A DNA stretch of 60,000 bases from Callorhinchus milii (Eukaryota): the NCBI RefSeq assembly GCF_018977255.1, contig NW_024704742.1, forward strand, positions 6,822,001-6,882,000. The letters are read 5' to 3'. Below the pieces are notes generated by a model. The model was not told where the DNA came from, searched no databases, and worked only from the letters and a program-made list of their open reading frames with translations. Positions 25,401-38,418 of the stretch are shown here, in pieces; positions within the stretch are counted from its first letter, which is position 1; each line of letters opens with the position of its first letter. Both the position numbers and the translations under genes were made by a program.

Positions 25401-26764
25401 TAAGTATTGTTTGGTAAAAATCTCCCCTGTGCTGGAATTTATTCGGAAGAATTCCGACTGCGACTTGATAAAGTAAAACACTTGTCCGTTAAGACCAACG
25501 TCGGGATCTTTGGCCAACACCTGCGTAACCCGGGAGCCAATCTCTGTGAGCTCTGGGTACTCGAGGTAGTAAGAAGGGCGATCAAAACGGGGGACGTTGT
25601 CGTTCACGTCTGTGACAAAGACAGTGATGTCTGTGTTCACTGTCCACCCAGAATCATGGGCGTAGACTCTGACTGTGTATTGTGCCACGTCTTCCCTGTT
25701 CAGAGGCCGGCTGACGGTGATATCCCCGGAACTGGGATTGATCGAGAAAGGAAGACTGATATCGGTTATGGAGTACCGGCTGACGGCATTCACCCCGACG
25801 TCCTCATCTGAAGTGGTGACGCGCGTCACCGTGTAACCGACAGCCGCGTCTTCGGGCACTTGAGAGCTGAATATCTGCGAAAACCTCGGGGCGTTATCAT
25901 TTTCATCTGCGACGTTAATGACGACACGACATAAAGAGCTCCTCGGAGCAGCTCCTTTATCCATTGCTCGCACGGTTAATGTGTATTGGGCGCTCCTTTC
26001 TCTGTCCAATTGGCCAGTGCATCTGATCTCACCCGTGCCTCTGTTTATGTTGAAGGTGTTACCTTTGTTGCCATCCACTATGGAGTATTCCACTTGACCG
26101 TTGGGCCCGTCGTCCTCATCCACTGCTGTTACAGTCGTCACACTATCCGGGAAGGTATTCTCCATTATATTTGCAGTGAACGGATCCTGCGTAAAGATGG
26201 GTGCGTTGTCGTTGACATCTAACACGGTTATATCCAGCCGCGTGTAAGAGGAAAAAGGAGGAAAGCCCATATCCCTGACTTCGATCCACAGCACGTATTT
26301 CTCCACAGCTTCAAAATCTAGCGGCTTAGTCAGCATGAGCTTCCCGGTCAGTTGGTCAATGTGGAAGACGTCACCGAAGTTGCCGCTAGCTATGTAGTAG
26401 GAGAGTGGCCCGCTCACACGACTCCTCGCGGAAGAGGCCGAGACTGTTGTGATGTGGGCATCGACCTTCTGGGCTTCCGAGAACAGGAACGTCTGTTGCC
26501 CAGCCTTGATTTGGGGAAAGTCGGCCTTATTTCCGAATCTCACTGTCACAGTGGTGGAGTCGGACTTTGGGTACATTCCGCCGTCCTTCACATTGACAGT
26601 GACCGTTATATCGGTGCCTCTGGCTAACGGTTGCGCAGTCATGATAGCACCACGGATTCGATCAATCTGGAACTTTTCCACATTGTGACCCGTCAAGGAA
26701 TAATGCAGTTCTGCGTTGGGGCCGGTGTCAGCATCCGACACGGTTACAGCAAACACAAATGAAC
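22406..26764 (-). CDS. FAT4: FAT4 giant internal exon (about 11 cadherin repeats followed by 3 EGF-like repeats; 4359 nt, phase 1 to 1)
   Basis: Lies within the 1471-aa ORF. Acceptor tttctccgcacag|GT TCA, donor ACA G|gtatct. Repeated LDRE/LDFE/DxNDN motifs, then calcium-binding EGF repeats (DIDECLPSPCHN, DVNECQSNPCKN). Peptides such as GSFVFAVTVSDAD and FPGGMLGSVKPQDPDV are recognisably FAT4. Confidence 0.98.
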
Positions 26765-26949
26765 CTGTGCGGAGAAACGAGAACAATATTAAGAGACGGA
26801 AATATAATATATATATATAGACGGAAATATAACAGGACTGGGTGGTGTGGGGAAGGGGGTAGTTTGTGAGTGAGTGTCAGGCAGTGTATTGGTGAGGCCA
26901 GTGGTTCTTGAGTAGAGATGTAATTATGTTTCTGGGAGCCTTTTGGGGG

Positions 26950-26971
26950 GAGGGAGGGAGAGAGGGAGAGG

Positions 26972-27013
<42 letters not shown>
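26950..27013. repeat. (GA)n microsatellite
   Basis: Direct reading. Confidence 0.95.
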
Positions 27014-27017
<4 letters not shown>

Positions 27018-27289
27018 AAACTCAAAAGAGACTCAGAGGCAAGAGTGCTTGGAGGCAGCAGACCTAATATTCCACCTAGTCTTAAATCTTTCAGAACATT
27101 TTGTCTTAAATATTTGTGGAACATTCTTAAATTCAATCTTAAGTTGTGTTTTTGTTGGTTGTGTTTAAGAGCAGAAGAATATTCCATGTAGGTGGAATTT
27201 TGGGTGCAGTACCTTTCTGATTAATTAGCATTCATTTTGTAATAAATACATTGCTGACGAATGTCCCACTAAAAAGAACAGGGTTCAGG

Positions 27290-27668
27290 AATAGACCCTT
27301 TATCTTCACATTTACTTAGGAATAGGAAAACTAGAGGACACAGCCTGTGATCGAAGGAGGCTAAAATCAGAACAAATCTACGGAAACACTATTTTAATGA
27401 GCGAATAGTAAACCTGTGGAACAGGCTCCCTAGGGAGACGGTTGAAGCAGGAAATGTTGATGGGTGCAAACACAGATTAGATAGTTTTCTTTTAGGAAAT
27501 AATATTGTGGGATAGTACATAGTACATAGGTAACATAGTATATAACATAGTATAACATAGTACATAGGTAGTTCAGGACATATGTGTGTGCAACCGCCAG
27601 GATGGTGGAAGGCGAACTAGATGGACCTTGGTCTTTTTTTCATCTAACATTTCTTATGTTCTTATGTT
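27290..27668 (+). mobile_element. CR1 LINE 3' end with 3' UTR, internal (catagta)-like microsatellite and (ttcttatg)n tail
   Basis: TRGHSL...RKHYFNERIVNLWNRLP, then gatggaccttggtcttttt and ttcttatgttcttatgtt. Confidence 0.85.
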
Positions 27669-27966
27669 TTTATTTACTGGTTTGGAGGCCCCATCTCCTT
27701 GCTCACGGATATGCACATACAAAGGACTTCTTGATGTGTACCTGCAACAGAACTTGCCTGGACACCTATAGTGCTGTGAATCCAACTCATGGTTATATTT
27801 GAATCAAGTGACACATTTGGTAAAGCTTTATAATACTATTAATAGTGTGGTAAAGTTAAGCCCGGAGGATAAATTAAACAGTTCTGTTCTTCACTCGTGA
27901 ATCTGAGCTCAATTTTCCAGTGTTGCTATTTAGGGCTAGGGTTGAGATTGGCGTACAGAAATCCTT

Positions 27967-28337
27967 AATAATCATCCTTGTATTTGATATAGCGCCTTAT
28001 CATGTCTTCGAGACATCTCAAAGCGATTCACAGGATATACTGTAAAGTGAATTGACTGTATACTTTGTGGGCAAAAGCACGGCAGCCAATTGTCCCACAA
28101 ACGGTCGTGGATTGGGTGACCAAATTAATGTTATTTTTAAAAATAATTTAAGGGATTATTATTACCCTCAGGAAAGTGATCCGCCCATCAACTAACAACC
28201 GGGTTCCTACTTACTGTTAGGTAAACAGAGGAATGTGGAGCAAGGAAACTTGCCCAACATTTCGCCCTGTCCGGGAATCAAACCCAGGTTCTCTTGCATG
28301 AGAGGCGAGTGCTCTAACCATTAAGTTACAGGACTCC
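27967..28337 (-). mobile_element. Full-length SINE, family A
   Basis: tRNA-like head, shared body, L2-type tail ending (ATT)n. Confidence 0.88.
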
Positions 28338-28720
28338 AGGGGTGCCATTTCTATTGGAAGTTTTAGAAGACTCAGGACTGCAAAAAAGCAGAAGAAATAC
28401 ATCCCCTTCTTTGTTGCCTTCTCACAACATAAACCGCAGAGTCTGAGAGAAGTGCCGTACAACAACTGTGCCTCCCTCTATGAAGAGCTGACTTTCTCTC
28501 CACGACTGGGATGTGGCATGAAATCAGTGACTGACTGAGGCGTGCTAAGATCAAGAGTGGAGAACAGCTGGTTCATCACAGGAAACGGTAAAATAATATC
28601 TTATCTGCTCCAGTATAATTTGTTAGGGTAATTTCAGCGTGAGTGATGAGCTCACTTGACAAGGCTTTTCATGATTAGGCGCTGTCATTACTTTAAGCAT
28701 TAAGAAGTACATATCTACAC

Positions 28721-29135
28721 ACCTCTCCGACCTACTATCCCCCTACCACCTCTCCGACCTACTATCCCCCTACCTACCTGCCCGTACCCTCCGTTCCTCT
28801 GGCTCCGGTCTGCTCCACATCCCCCGCCCCAACCGCCCTACCATCGGTGGCCTTCAGCCTCTCAGCCCCGAGGCTCTGGAACTCTATCCCCCAGTGCCTT
28901 CACCGCCTCCTCCCTTTCCTCCTTCAAGGCCGGTCTCAAGACCTTTCTCTTTGACCGTGCCTTCAGCTCCCCTCTCGACTCTCTACCCCCTCCTCGCTCC
29001 CTCCCTTCCCTCCCCTCACCCTGACCATTTCCCCCTGCTCGGGTCCTGACCCAACTGTACAGCGCCTTGGGACGTCCTCCCGACGTGAAAGGCGCTCAAT
29101 AAATGGAATCTTGTTATGTTGTTGTTGTTGTTGTT
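28721..29135 (+). mobile_element. L2 LINE 3' end with (TTG)n tail and a 27-nt tandem duplication at its 5' edge
   Basis: LWNS...FKAGLKTFLFDRAF, tail cagcgccttgggacgtcctcccgacgtgaaaggcgc...(ttg)n; acctctccgacctactatccccctacc twice at 28721-28774. Confidence 0.85.
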
Positions 29136-30519
29136 ATAAACCGCAGTACAGTAACGTAATGAAGAGCACTGTTCTTCATGACTTACGACGATGCCTTGCT
29201 TATAATGCTGGAAGCAAAGTGATATCTTTTCCAACAGTGGAGCGATGTGGAGCAGCAATCCTGATTTATTCTTCATGCTCCTAATCACATTTGGCTAGTT
29301 CCGTGCTGGCGTTTTGCTGTGTTGGCGTGTGTTAGTACTTTTAATGTTAAGACTGTTGCTTTTAGGCTGTAGCACAAACTCCCTTGAGTAGTGGGGGAAA
29401 GGCTAGTAAGGCGTGCAAGGCCAGTGAAGAGCAGGCACGTGCCAATTTCAGACTCGCGAGCTTGAATCCCGTCTGCGCTGACACAACTGAACTCAAAATT
29501 TGGGAGGGGGTTGCTTTAATTGGACTCAGTTATCCAGGGCTCGGGTAATGGGGTACAGCAATTGGCGCCGTTGTGTTATTTAGTAGCCTGGAGAACTGAA
29601 ATAAATAGTGGAACGAATTAGACTTACGCTGACAAATGGTTTTGTTCATTTACATGAAACTCTCTGGTAACACCAGTAATGTAATTGTACATCAGTGATG
29701 TGTCAAAGTGGCGCGCTGCCAACAATTTGAATTCTTCTTGATCTCTAATAAGAAAACAATTACTGCAGAAGGATGGTGTATGTTAACCACCTGCCTACTA
29801 AATCAATGCGTTTTCTCGTCTGCAGCAGACTCGCAGCACAAATCATAGTTCAGCCTATCCCCCATAAAATAATTAACAGCCATGACTGTAGGGGATGTCA
29901 AGTACATGACAGCAGGCGTCAATATATCAAAATGAAGCTTGTTGCAAATATTTCTTGTATCTGCTTTTAGTCTCCATCTTTCGCTGTCTGGAACAGATTC
30001 TTTCAAAGACCATTAACAACTGAGCATTTCTCTCGTGATTTATCTCCCAGATGCCCCCCACCATATCTTGCTCTTTTTACGTTTTTTAAAAAAATATTAT
30101 TTAATATTGCAACAGTTTCAGGCAAGAGACTGGTCCATCTATCTTATGCATCCAACTTCTCAAAAGACTCTTTCGACACTATCATCTAATAACCCTGTCT
30201 CTCTTTTGATTTGTTCGTCTTCAACGTATACTGTCACAACACTCTGCAGTAAATCCTGTGAAGTGCTTTGAGGCATCCTCCTGATGTAAATGATGCTATA
30301 TCGAATGTAAAGATTGTTATTATTATTTACAAGAATGCGCGGTTTGAAACTTTAAGGCAATGGTTGGAGGGCTGAGATTAAGCTGTGTTGAGTGCAGCCC
30401 TGTTATGACTCGGTAGACGGTGTCCATAAAATCCACATTATAAATGTTGTAGAACTGAATCGGCTCTATTAAGAAGCACGTTACCAGAAGGCTGTAGTGT
30501 ATTTGCTCGTCATGGAAAT

Positions 30520-30920
30520 AGGCCATCCTCGCCTGGCTCCCTGTTATAGAGAGGAACGAGTTCCAGATCCTTGTCCTCACTATTAAATCCCTCCACAGTC
30601 TTGCCCCACTCTATCTCTGTGAGCTTTTCAACCCTTATCAACCCGCCCGCTCCCTCTGCTCGGTAGGGTTCACATCTCCTGTCCTGCCTCTGCCCCAACA
30701 TCAGTGTTCTGCCCCCCACTCTCTGAAACTCTATCCCGCGCCGCCTTCACAGTCCATCTCAAGATCTTCCTCCACGACCATGTGAGGGATGGTCATCCTC
30801 ACCCCCTACACCCCTTAACCTCACCTCTCCTGAATCCAACCCCGGGCTCGGGTTTAAACCCTCGACTGTCAAGGGCCTTGGGCTATCCTCTCTATACAAT
30901 TGCAATTTGTTGTTGTGGTA
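30520..30920 (+). mobile_element. L2 LINE 3' end
   Basis: Similar to the 34185-34645 copy (ctggctccct...gagttccagatccttgtcctcac...) with a ttg tail. Confidence 0.75.
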
Positions 30921-31119
30921 GTAGTCATTGCTGGGATATATGGGTGGAGTAAGGGTTGTTACAGGGCCTCATTGTAATGCTGCGTCACTGAAAAAGCATG
31001 TGCCATTTGGTCCCAGGTCTGATTTCCTGCAATGTGCATATGCATCACACATGTAGATTGCGCATTTTACCAGGTGCCACAAAACACACCCCAAAATGGC
31101 ACAAAGACATTATTCTATA

Positions 31120-31324
31120 GTAATAATAATCCTTGCATTTGGTATAGCCCATTTCACATCTTCTCGACATCTCAAAGCGCTTCACAGAATAGACTGTAAA
31201 GTGAATTGACCGTATATTTGTGGGCGAAATGCAGCAGCCAATTGCGCACAGCAGCGTCCCACAAACGATCGTGGATTAAAATGACCAATTTATTATTGTT
31301 TTTTGTTTCTGAGGGATTATTACT
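31120..31324 (-). mobile_element. SINE family A, 3' half
   Basis: taataataatccttgcatttggtatagc...gcagccaattgcgcacagcagcgtcccacaaac. Confidence 0.85.
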
Positions 31325-31469
31325 ATAGTTTGTTACCTGTGCTTGTGGGAGCAGGGACACAAGGTTAGTGAGATGGTGGCGTAAAGGGTCGGTAGCACAG
31401 CGAATTGTGTGGCAAGTTGGAAGAAACACAGAGAAGACGCTCCAGAGAAATTCTCTCATAGTTTGTTAC

Positions 31470-31720
31470 CTGCATTTGTGGGCGCCGGGATATGGGTGAC
31501 GTAAGGGTAGTGCCGAAACCTGGGGGGGTTGTCATTGATGTCTGTAACTGTCAAAAATACAGTGGCTGAGCTGGATGTGGCTTGAGGTACACCTCCATCG
31601 GTAGCGACCACAACCAGTGTGTAGGATTCCTTGTTCTCTCTGTCCAGCAGTGCACTTGTGATAATTTGTCCTGTAGCTGGGTTGATGGAGAATTGAGAGT
31701 TACCTCCCACCAGGCTGTAG
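31470..31720 (-). CDS. FAT4: FAT4 coding exon (cadherin repeat; 251 nt, phase 2 to 1)
   Basis: Acceptor ccccaaacag|C, donor GCA G|gtaaca. Translates YSLVGGNSQFSINPATGQIITSALLDRE...TDINDNPPRFRHYPYVTHIPAPTNA, with LDRE and DxNDN motifs. Confidence 0.96.
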
Positions 31721-33439
31721 CTGTTTGGGGTGGGGGGCAGGGGAGAGAAAGAGAAAGAATCAAAAATAAAATAATTGCTGTGGAATAACTATAATAATAA
31801 TAAGACTTTGTCCCATTAGTCTGAGCTGGATTCATATTCCGGTTTTAGAGCAGGGTCACAAATAGCTACAGCATGTTCCTAGAGAGTGCACGATAATAAT
31901 AATAAATAATAATAATAATCCTTATATTTGATATAATGCCATAATCACCTCTTCTGACATCTCAAAGCGCTTCACAGAATATACTATAAAGTGAATTACT
32001 CTGTATTTTGTTGGCAAAACTAATACTTGTCAAACTTGGGGAAAAGGAAATACATAGGAAAACTGGAATAGGAGGAGGCCATTCAGCCCATCAGACTCAG
32101 ATGTTCCCATCAATTTATTAGATTTTGGAAGATTATTTTATTCTCAATACTTTACCTTTTTGCAATGCCTCTCAATAACAATAATGATAACAGTATAGCA
32201 CTTTTTCTGATTTGTGGACATGTCGAGTGGCTGTTTTTTTGTGGGTGAACTCAGCAGTCAATATGCACACAGCAATGTCCCACAAAGAGCTATGAAATGA
32301 ACGACCAATTTTATCTGGGGGATATTTGGCCAGGACACCAAGAAAAAACTTCCTTTTTTTTTGATGCCACGGCTTCTTCAACATCCACCTGGACAGGCAG
32401 GCTATGCTTAATGTCTCACCTGATGGACTGCCCCTCCAACAATACTGCGTTGCAGTGCCATCCACGGAGCTCAAAGCTGTGACACGGGCTTGAACCCACA
32501 AACTTCCATAAAACAGTGAGTTTGCTTGTTTCCTTTTTGTTTGAGATTTTTATGTAAAAATAAAAAGCAGTTTTCCGACTATGAACAAGGAATACTTGAG
32601 CACTGCTTTTCCACATCAATCGGTGTATTCTGTGTCAGTACTTTTATAAATGACTGAGCATTGATCTTCAAAAGATGTATTTTTAGCTTTTCTTGCTATG
32701 TTATGCTGCTTTGCTGTTTTGCATAGACCATTTTACTCAAAAATGCTTCAATACTTTAAAAGCTTTTCCTTCTTGATCCACTGGAATAATCCTGTTCAGG
32801 AGCTCACTATAAACTTTGATTTCTGTAACATAATTCAAATATTTTTGCAATTTGCATAAGGATCTATCCTTATGCATTTCATCCATCTGTGGTAAACATA
32901 CATACACTTTTAAGGGTAATTTATTTTAGAGGCACGATGGAGGAATAAAAATGCTGATAACAATAATAAATGTCACACTTGACACGGAGCTTTAACATAA
33001 AGAATAGCTGGAAGTTCTTCACAAAGTTTCTGTAAAGTGTAGTGACAGATTTTTTTACGTGTGCAGTAATGTCTCACAAAAAAGCGATTTAGTGAACGAC
33101 CAATTTGATCTCAGTGACTGCTGGCCAGGATACTGGGAGAAATTCCCTTTTTTTAAAATTATTCCAGGTCATCTTTAACATCCACCTTAGCAGGGAGAGG
33201 GGGGGGGGGGGGGGGGTGAATCCTGAAAGCTCACAAAGTACGGAAAAAGGCTTTTGAGAAAGTTTTATAAATAATAATAATAATCCTTGCATTTGATATA
33301 GCGCCTTATTGCGTTGTCAAGACATCTCAACACATTTCACATGATATGCTGTGAAGGGGAATAACTGTATGTTTTGTGGGAGAAAAGGGTGATGGAAAGA
33401 TTCCTGTGCTTTCAACTGTGCGAAGTTCTGATACTAGAA

Positions 33440-33897
33440 GAAGAATTGCATTCGATTATCGTGGCCTTCACATGGAGAGGATGTTTTGAAGCATTACTGT
33501 AAAGTAAAATGATATTATTATTATAACGTGTAGTGACTGTGTATTTTGCAGGCAAACATGGGAGCCAACTTTTGCACAGCAGTGTTCCATGAGCAGCCAT
33601 GAAGTGAGTGACCAATTCTATTTGTGGGGATGGTTGGTCAGGGCATCGGGAGAAAATTCCTTCGGAGTTTGGCCATGGGATATTTAATGTGCATCTGAAC
33701 AAGGAGATGGGGCGTTGGCTTAACATCCCATCTGAAGGACGGCACCTCCAACATTGTAACACCCCCCACCCCCAGATCTGCATTGGAGTATCAGCTTAGA
33801 CCATGTGAGTTGAAAGCCCCACTGACCATGCAGCTTGAACCCACAACTTTCTGCCTCAGAGGTGACAGAGCTACCCAACTGAGTCAGGCTGACACAC
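33440..33897 (-). mobile_element. DeuSINE-type element, family B
   Basis: Reverse complement of the 35895 copy (cttgaacccacaactttctgcctcagagg...gctgacac). Confidence 0.78.
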
Positions 33898-34184
33898 TAA
33901 TATTCAAATGGTTTAAAACTTCAGTTACAGAACCTCTGGCAGCTGGTGTAATCTGGACATTGTTTCGATGATATGAAATATTCATTATGAAACGATTTTC
34001 CAGAAATGCTGAATATTTCCTTCTGGAATTCTATTCCGTATTCAAATTTTTCTTGAGTAATATTCTATGGGCATTCTTACATTTAAGTTGCACCGCTAGC
34101 AGCAATTCAACCTGCTTCTTGAGTTGATGCAGTTCTAAAAGAGCAGTTTGCATTCGATTTTAAAATGCATTCATTCAAATCACA

Positions 34185-34645
34185 GCCCTGCTCCACTGGC
34201 TTCCCATCACCCAGAGGACACAGTTCCAGATCCTGGTCCTCACCTTTAAAGCCCTCCTTGGCTTTGCTCCCCCCTATCTCTGCGACCTTCTACCTCCTAC
34301 CAACCTGCCTGCTCCTTCCACTCAGTGGGCTCCGGCCTGCTTCACGTCCCCCTGCTTCACTCGCCCCATCATTGGGGAACGGGCCTTCCACCACTCCGTC
34401 CCCACCCTCTGGAACTCCATCTCAGAGTCCCTCCGCCTCGCCCCCTCCCTTGCCTCCTTCAAGACCCATCTCAAGACCCTCCTCTTGGGACAGTGCCTTC
34501 TATCGCTCTCCCTCCCACCCTGCCCTCCACCCTCCCCAATCCCAACCCTCAGCTCGGGTCCGAAACACTGATTGTCCAGCGCCGTGGGATGTCCTCCCGA
34601 GGCGAAAGGCCCTATACAAATGTAATATTGTTGTTGTTGTTGCTG
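34185..34645 (+). mobile_element. L2 LINE 3' end with (TTG)n tail
   Basis: LHWLPI...GERAF...LWNS...FKTHLKT, then cagcgccgtgggatgtcctcccgaggcgaaaggccctatacaaatg(ttg)n. Confidence 0.85.
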
Positions 34646-34854
34646 TTCGGGTGGGGGGAGGGTCACAAAGTGTATTGTCTGTAAAGTCCTCTGAAAGTTT
34701 ATCTAGTCAGATAGAGTGTAATGTATTTTCACAGCCTGCGACTATGAGAATATTCTCCCTAACCAAGAGAGTTGATTTTTGCCTCCAGGACCACTTCAAC
34801 GTGAGATAGCGAACAAAGCACATTACGACAGCATGTCAATGATAGGCTGATCAT

Positions 34855-34966
34855 GGGGTCCCAACCTAGTGTTAGGACCCCGATCTAGTACTGGAACCTC
34901 AGCCCCAGTGTTAGGACCTCAGCCCTAGTTAGGAGCCCTGATCTAATGTTAGAACCTCAGCCTACT
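34855..34966. repeat. Degenerate minisatellite, about 19-20-bp unit
   Basis: Recurring tagtgttaggacc(c/t)c...; units alternate between gatcta and cagccc types. Confidence 0.7.
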
Positions 34967-35894
34967 ATTCATGTCCTCTAAGCTCTGGGTAATTATGGCT
35001 CACATACACACAGTTTAGTTCCAAATTTTGTAGAAGACAAGTATGCTTGAAGTATGTCCCTCCATTTAGTCAGGTAATAATAATAATAATAATAACAATC
35101 CTTGCATTTGATTAAAACGCCTTATGTTTTGCCCACAAATATACAGTGAATTCACTTTACAGTATATTCTGTGAAGCACTTTGATACGTCTTGAAGAAGT
35201 GAAAAGCGCTATATCAAATGCAAGGATTATTATTATCTTCGAGACGTCTCAAAGCACTTCACAGAATATACTGTAAAGTAAGGCAACAACCTACATATTA
35301 TGCCTATGGATAAAGTTTCCTGCATAGTCCTGATTATCAAACAGCCAGTTAACAGTCATATACCACTCTCTTCTCACTCCTGAATCCAGTAGGTTCCCCT
35401 CGGAGCACTCCAGCTGCTGGTCTGGCTCTGCAATTCTGAGGACTGCCAAAAAAAAGTGCTGAAATAAATCACTCACTTAAGAAGAAGCTAAAGGCGATTT
35501 GTCAAACTCTAGGAAGGAGTCTGGCTGTCCGATACTACATGTTTTGTTTCACAGGCCTACTAATGACCATTTGTACACCACATGGAACCATGGGCATTAG
35601 CCAAAGAACCCAGCAGTTACTAGCAATGGAGCTCTTCAAACCAGAAAAATACATGGAAGCCAGCAATTAGATAAACTTCCAGAGGGAGAAGCGATTAAGA
35701 GTAAGAAGACAGATAAAAGGCAACACCAAAAAGGTAACAGTTTTGAGGATTCATGGACTGTTTCCTGTTTTTAAATATTCCTGTGCTCTCACTTCCAGGA
35801 AGTGCCAATAGAGAAATGACCAGATTTCAAGGCTACCTCTGGCTCCACATCGGATAATTCCATTGGTGTGATATTGAAAATTACAATCCTTGTG

Positions 35895-36303
35895 TGTCAG
35901 CCTGGCTCATTGGTAGTGCTCTCACCTCTGAGTCAGAAGGTTGTGGAATCGACCCCCACATCAGGACTTGGAATTCATATAGTCTAAACTGACACTCCAA
36001 TGCATTGCTCAGGGGGTGTTGCATTGTTGGAGGCACTGTCCGTCACATGAGACGTTAAACCGAGGTCCCGTCTGTCTGTTCAGGTGGATGTTAGAGATCC
36101 TGCGGCACTATTTGAACAGAGAAGGGAGATTCTCCCTGCGTCCTGGCCAACAATCCCCCAAATAATATTTGGTCATTCACTTCACAGGTGTTTGTGGTAC
36201 ATCGACTGCCGCATTTGCCCACACAATACACAGGAAATCCTGTGAGTCGCTTTGGGATGTCCTCTGACGTGAAAGGCGCTGTACCAAATGCAAGGATTAT
36301 TAT
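35895..36303 (+). mobile_element. Full-length DeuSINE-type element, family B (tRNA head + Deu domain + L2-type tail)
   Basis: Head ggctcattggtagtgctctcacctctgagtcagaaggttgtgg; core atgagacgttaaaccgaggtccc...gatcctgcggcactatttgaa...gtcctggccaa resembles the Deu domain of SacSINE1/AmnSINE1 as I recall it. Confidence 0.8.
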
Positions 36304-37429
36304 ATAGTTCCTCCATCACATCGTAGGGAAGCTTCAAAGCACTTCACAGGATATACAAATACCATAGAATCACGATACACAGTCACTCCATTTCACAGTA
36401 AATCCTGTGAAGCGTTTCGAGACATCCTTCCGACATAATAATGCGCTATACCAAATGCAATGATTTTATTTGGGGGGGATGTTGCCCAAGACACCGAGGG
36501 AAAACCCACTCTATTTTCGAATAGTGCCATTGGAACTTGAATATCTATCTGAATATTGAGAAAGGACCTCGATTTAGTTGAAGGACGCCATTTCCAATAA
36601 TGCAATACACTGCAGCACTGCACGGAAGTATCAGCTTAGATCAGATGAGCTCAAGTCCCAGCGTGGGGCTTGAACCCACAACCGTGGATGCTTGGTTGGC
36701 TCTCCAATTGCTATCCGTTTTCCCACATGATAAAACATGGCAAACTTCTGGGTCATCAGGTTGCCCCCTATGTCACTGTCTATGCGCTCTGCATGTGGGT
36801 ATTTTTTGGGGTGGGCAGTTGGCCAACTTTCTGTGGCTAGGTTCACTGGTCATTTGATCAGTGGGGAAGCGATATTTTGGGTTTTATGGATGTGTTACAA
36901 TGGGGCTGTACTGTATTATCTGTTTCATTTCTGTCGGAGGGATTTTCCGCTCTAAGCTCACGTGTTCCAATAAACCTCCCTCCCAAAAAGCAAGTCCACA
37001 GGGCTTTTTTTTTTATCTTCAGCCAAATTGATTTCTTCAGAAGGGAAACAGTGCAACTATCATCAAAGTGAAAAATACAGGAAATTAGACATAATCAAGT
37101 GTAAACGAATCTGGCTTCCACCTACCTACTGTGAATATCCTGTGAGAAGCACTACTTACATAAGCAGCGAGACTTCACTAGGAAAGATTAATGTATGAAA
37201 TTGCCCCGAACAGCATGAAGAAGCTTATGACTAATGGAGAGAACGCAGTATTTTGTACAAATCCATTAACCCCTGTCGAGCCATCCACTGGACAACTTGT
37301 CACCACCACTTAACATCATCATTAGTATTGTTTTGCCAAATTGGTAATTCGAGGGTCTAACATTTGGGAGTTTTGATCCGATAAGGGGACTGACAAAGGC
37401 TAAAGCATGCAAGTCTGTAAGAGAAGCCT

Positions 37430-37950
37430 CTTATCTCCACACCGGACTCCACCAGTGCCCTCCTTACCAGTCTCCCCAGCTCTACCATCTGCAAATTCTG
37501 TCTCAATCAAAATCTGGGCCCCGCATACTTAGCTGCACTAAGCTTTGTTCCCCTACCATCTTCTACTGTCGCCGTAACTTCCACCAGTTCGACTTCCGCA
37601 CCTACTAATCCCTACATACCCTCACCTCTCCCTACCTCTGTGACCTCCTCCTCCGCTCTCATTCACTTGCTCGCCTTTTCTTTTCATAAAACATGGGGCT
37701 GCTGCACTTCCTCTGCTCGCTCCACCATCGGCAGCTGAGCTTTAAGGCGCTAAGCCCCCTAAGCTCTGGAACTCCTTCCTTAAATCCTTCCATCTTGGCC
37801 CCCAGCCGTCCTGAAACGCTTCCTGAAAACCTAGCCCTACCACCGTGGCTATGGTGATCTCCCTGTTCTCCACTCAGTGTCCGTCACACTCTATAAAGTG
37901 GTCCTGGACGATACTCTTCCGAGAAAGGCACCGTATAAATGCAAGTTGGT
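37430..37950 (+). mobile_element. Old L2 LINE 3' fragment
   Basis: ctctggaactccttcc, tcctgaaaaccta and a degenerate tail aaaggcaccgtataaatgcaagttg. Confidence 0.6.
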
Positions 37951-38044
37951 CTTGTGAGTCATAAAAAACACACAAGTCATGTCATGAAGTCACTGATAAG
38001 ATGTTGTTTTACATGGTTCCTTCGTTAATAAATGAGGGAGATAT

Positions 38045-38303
38045 ATAAGTAGGAACCTGTTTGTTAGTTGATTGTCGGATCGCTTTTCCAAGGGTAATAA
38101 TTCCTTCAAAAAAATAATATTAACAATAATTTGGTCACTCGATCGATGACTGTTTGTGGGACGCTGCTGTGTGCGATTGGCTGCTGCGTTCGCCCACAAA
38201 ATATACAGTCAATTCACTTTACCGTATATTCTGTGAAGAGCTTGGAGACGTCTTGAAGATGTGATAAGACACTATATCAAATGCAAGGATTATTATTATT
38301 ATT
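38045..38303 (+). mobile_element. SINE family A, 5'-truncated
   Basis: Body from aagtaggaacc to the tail caaatgcaagg(att)n. Confidence 0.85.
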
Positions 38304-38418
38304 ACAAACATGATGCATTATATGAGTAGTTGTGGAGTATCGAAAGGACCTGCCTACTTTTGCTCCACACAACCACAGCTCAGAAAACGTGGGCATCTGG
38401 AGGGTGAAGGAGCTTTAC

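Noticed and set aside
26794..26831. agacggaaatata duplicated around a (TA)n run near the giant-exon acceptor
   Set aside because: Small slippage duplication; the acceptor and pyrimidine tract remain intact.
34165..34809. 214-aa Pro/Ser-rich ORF
   Set aside because: Off-frame reading of a C-rich L2 3' end.
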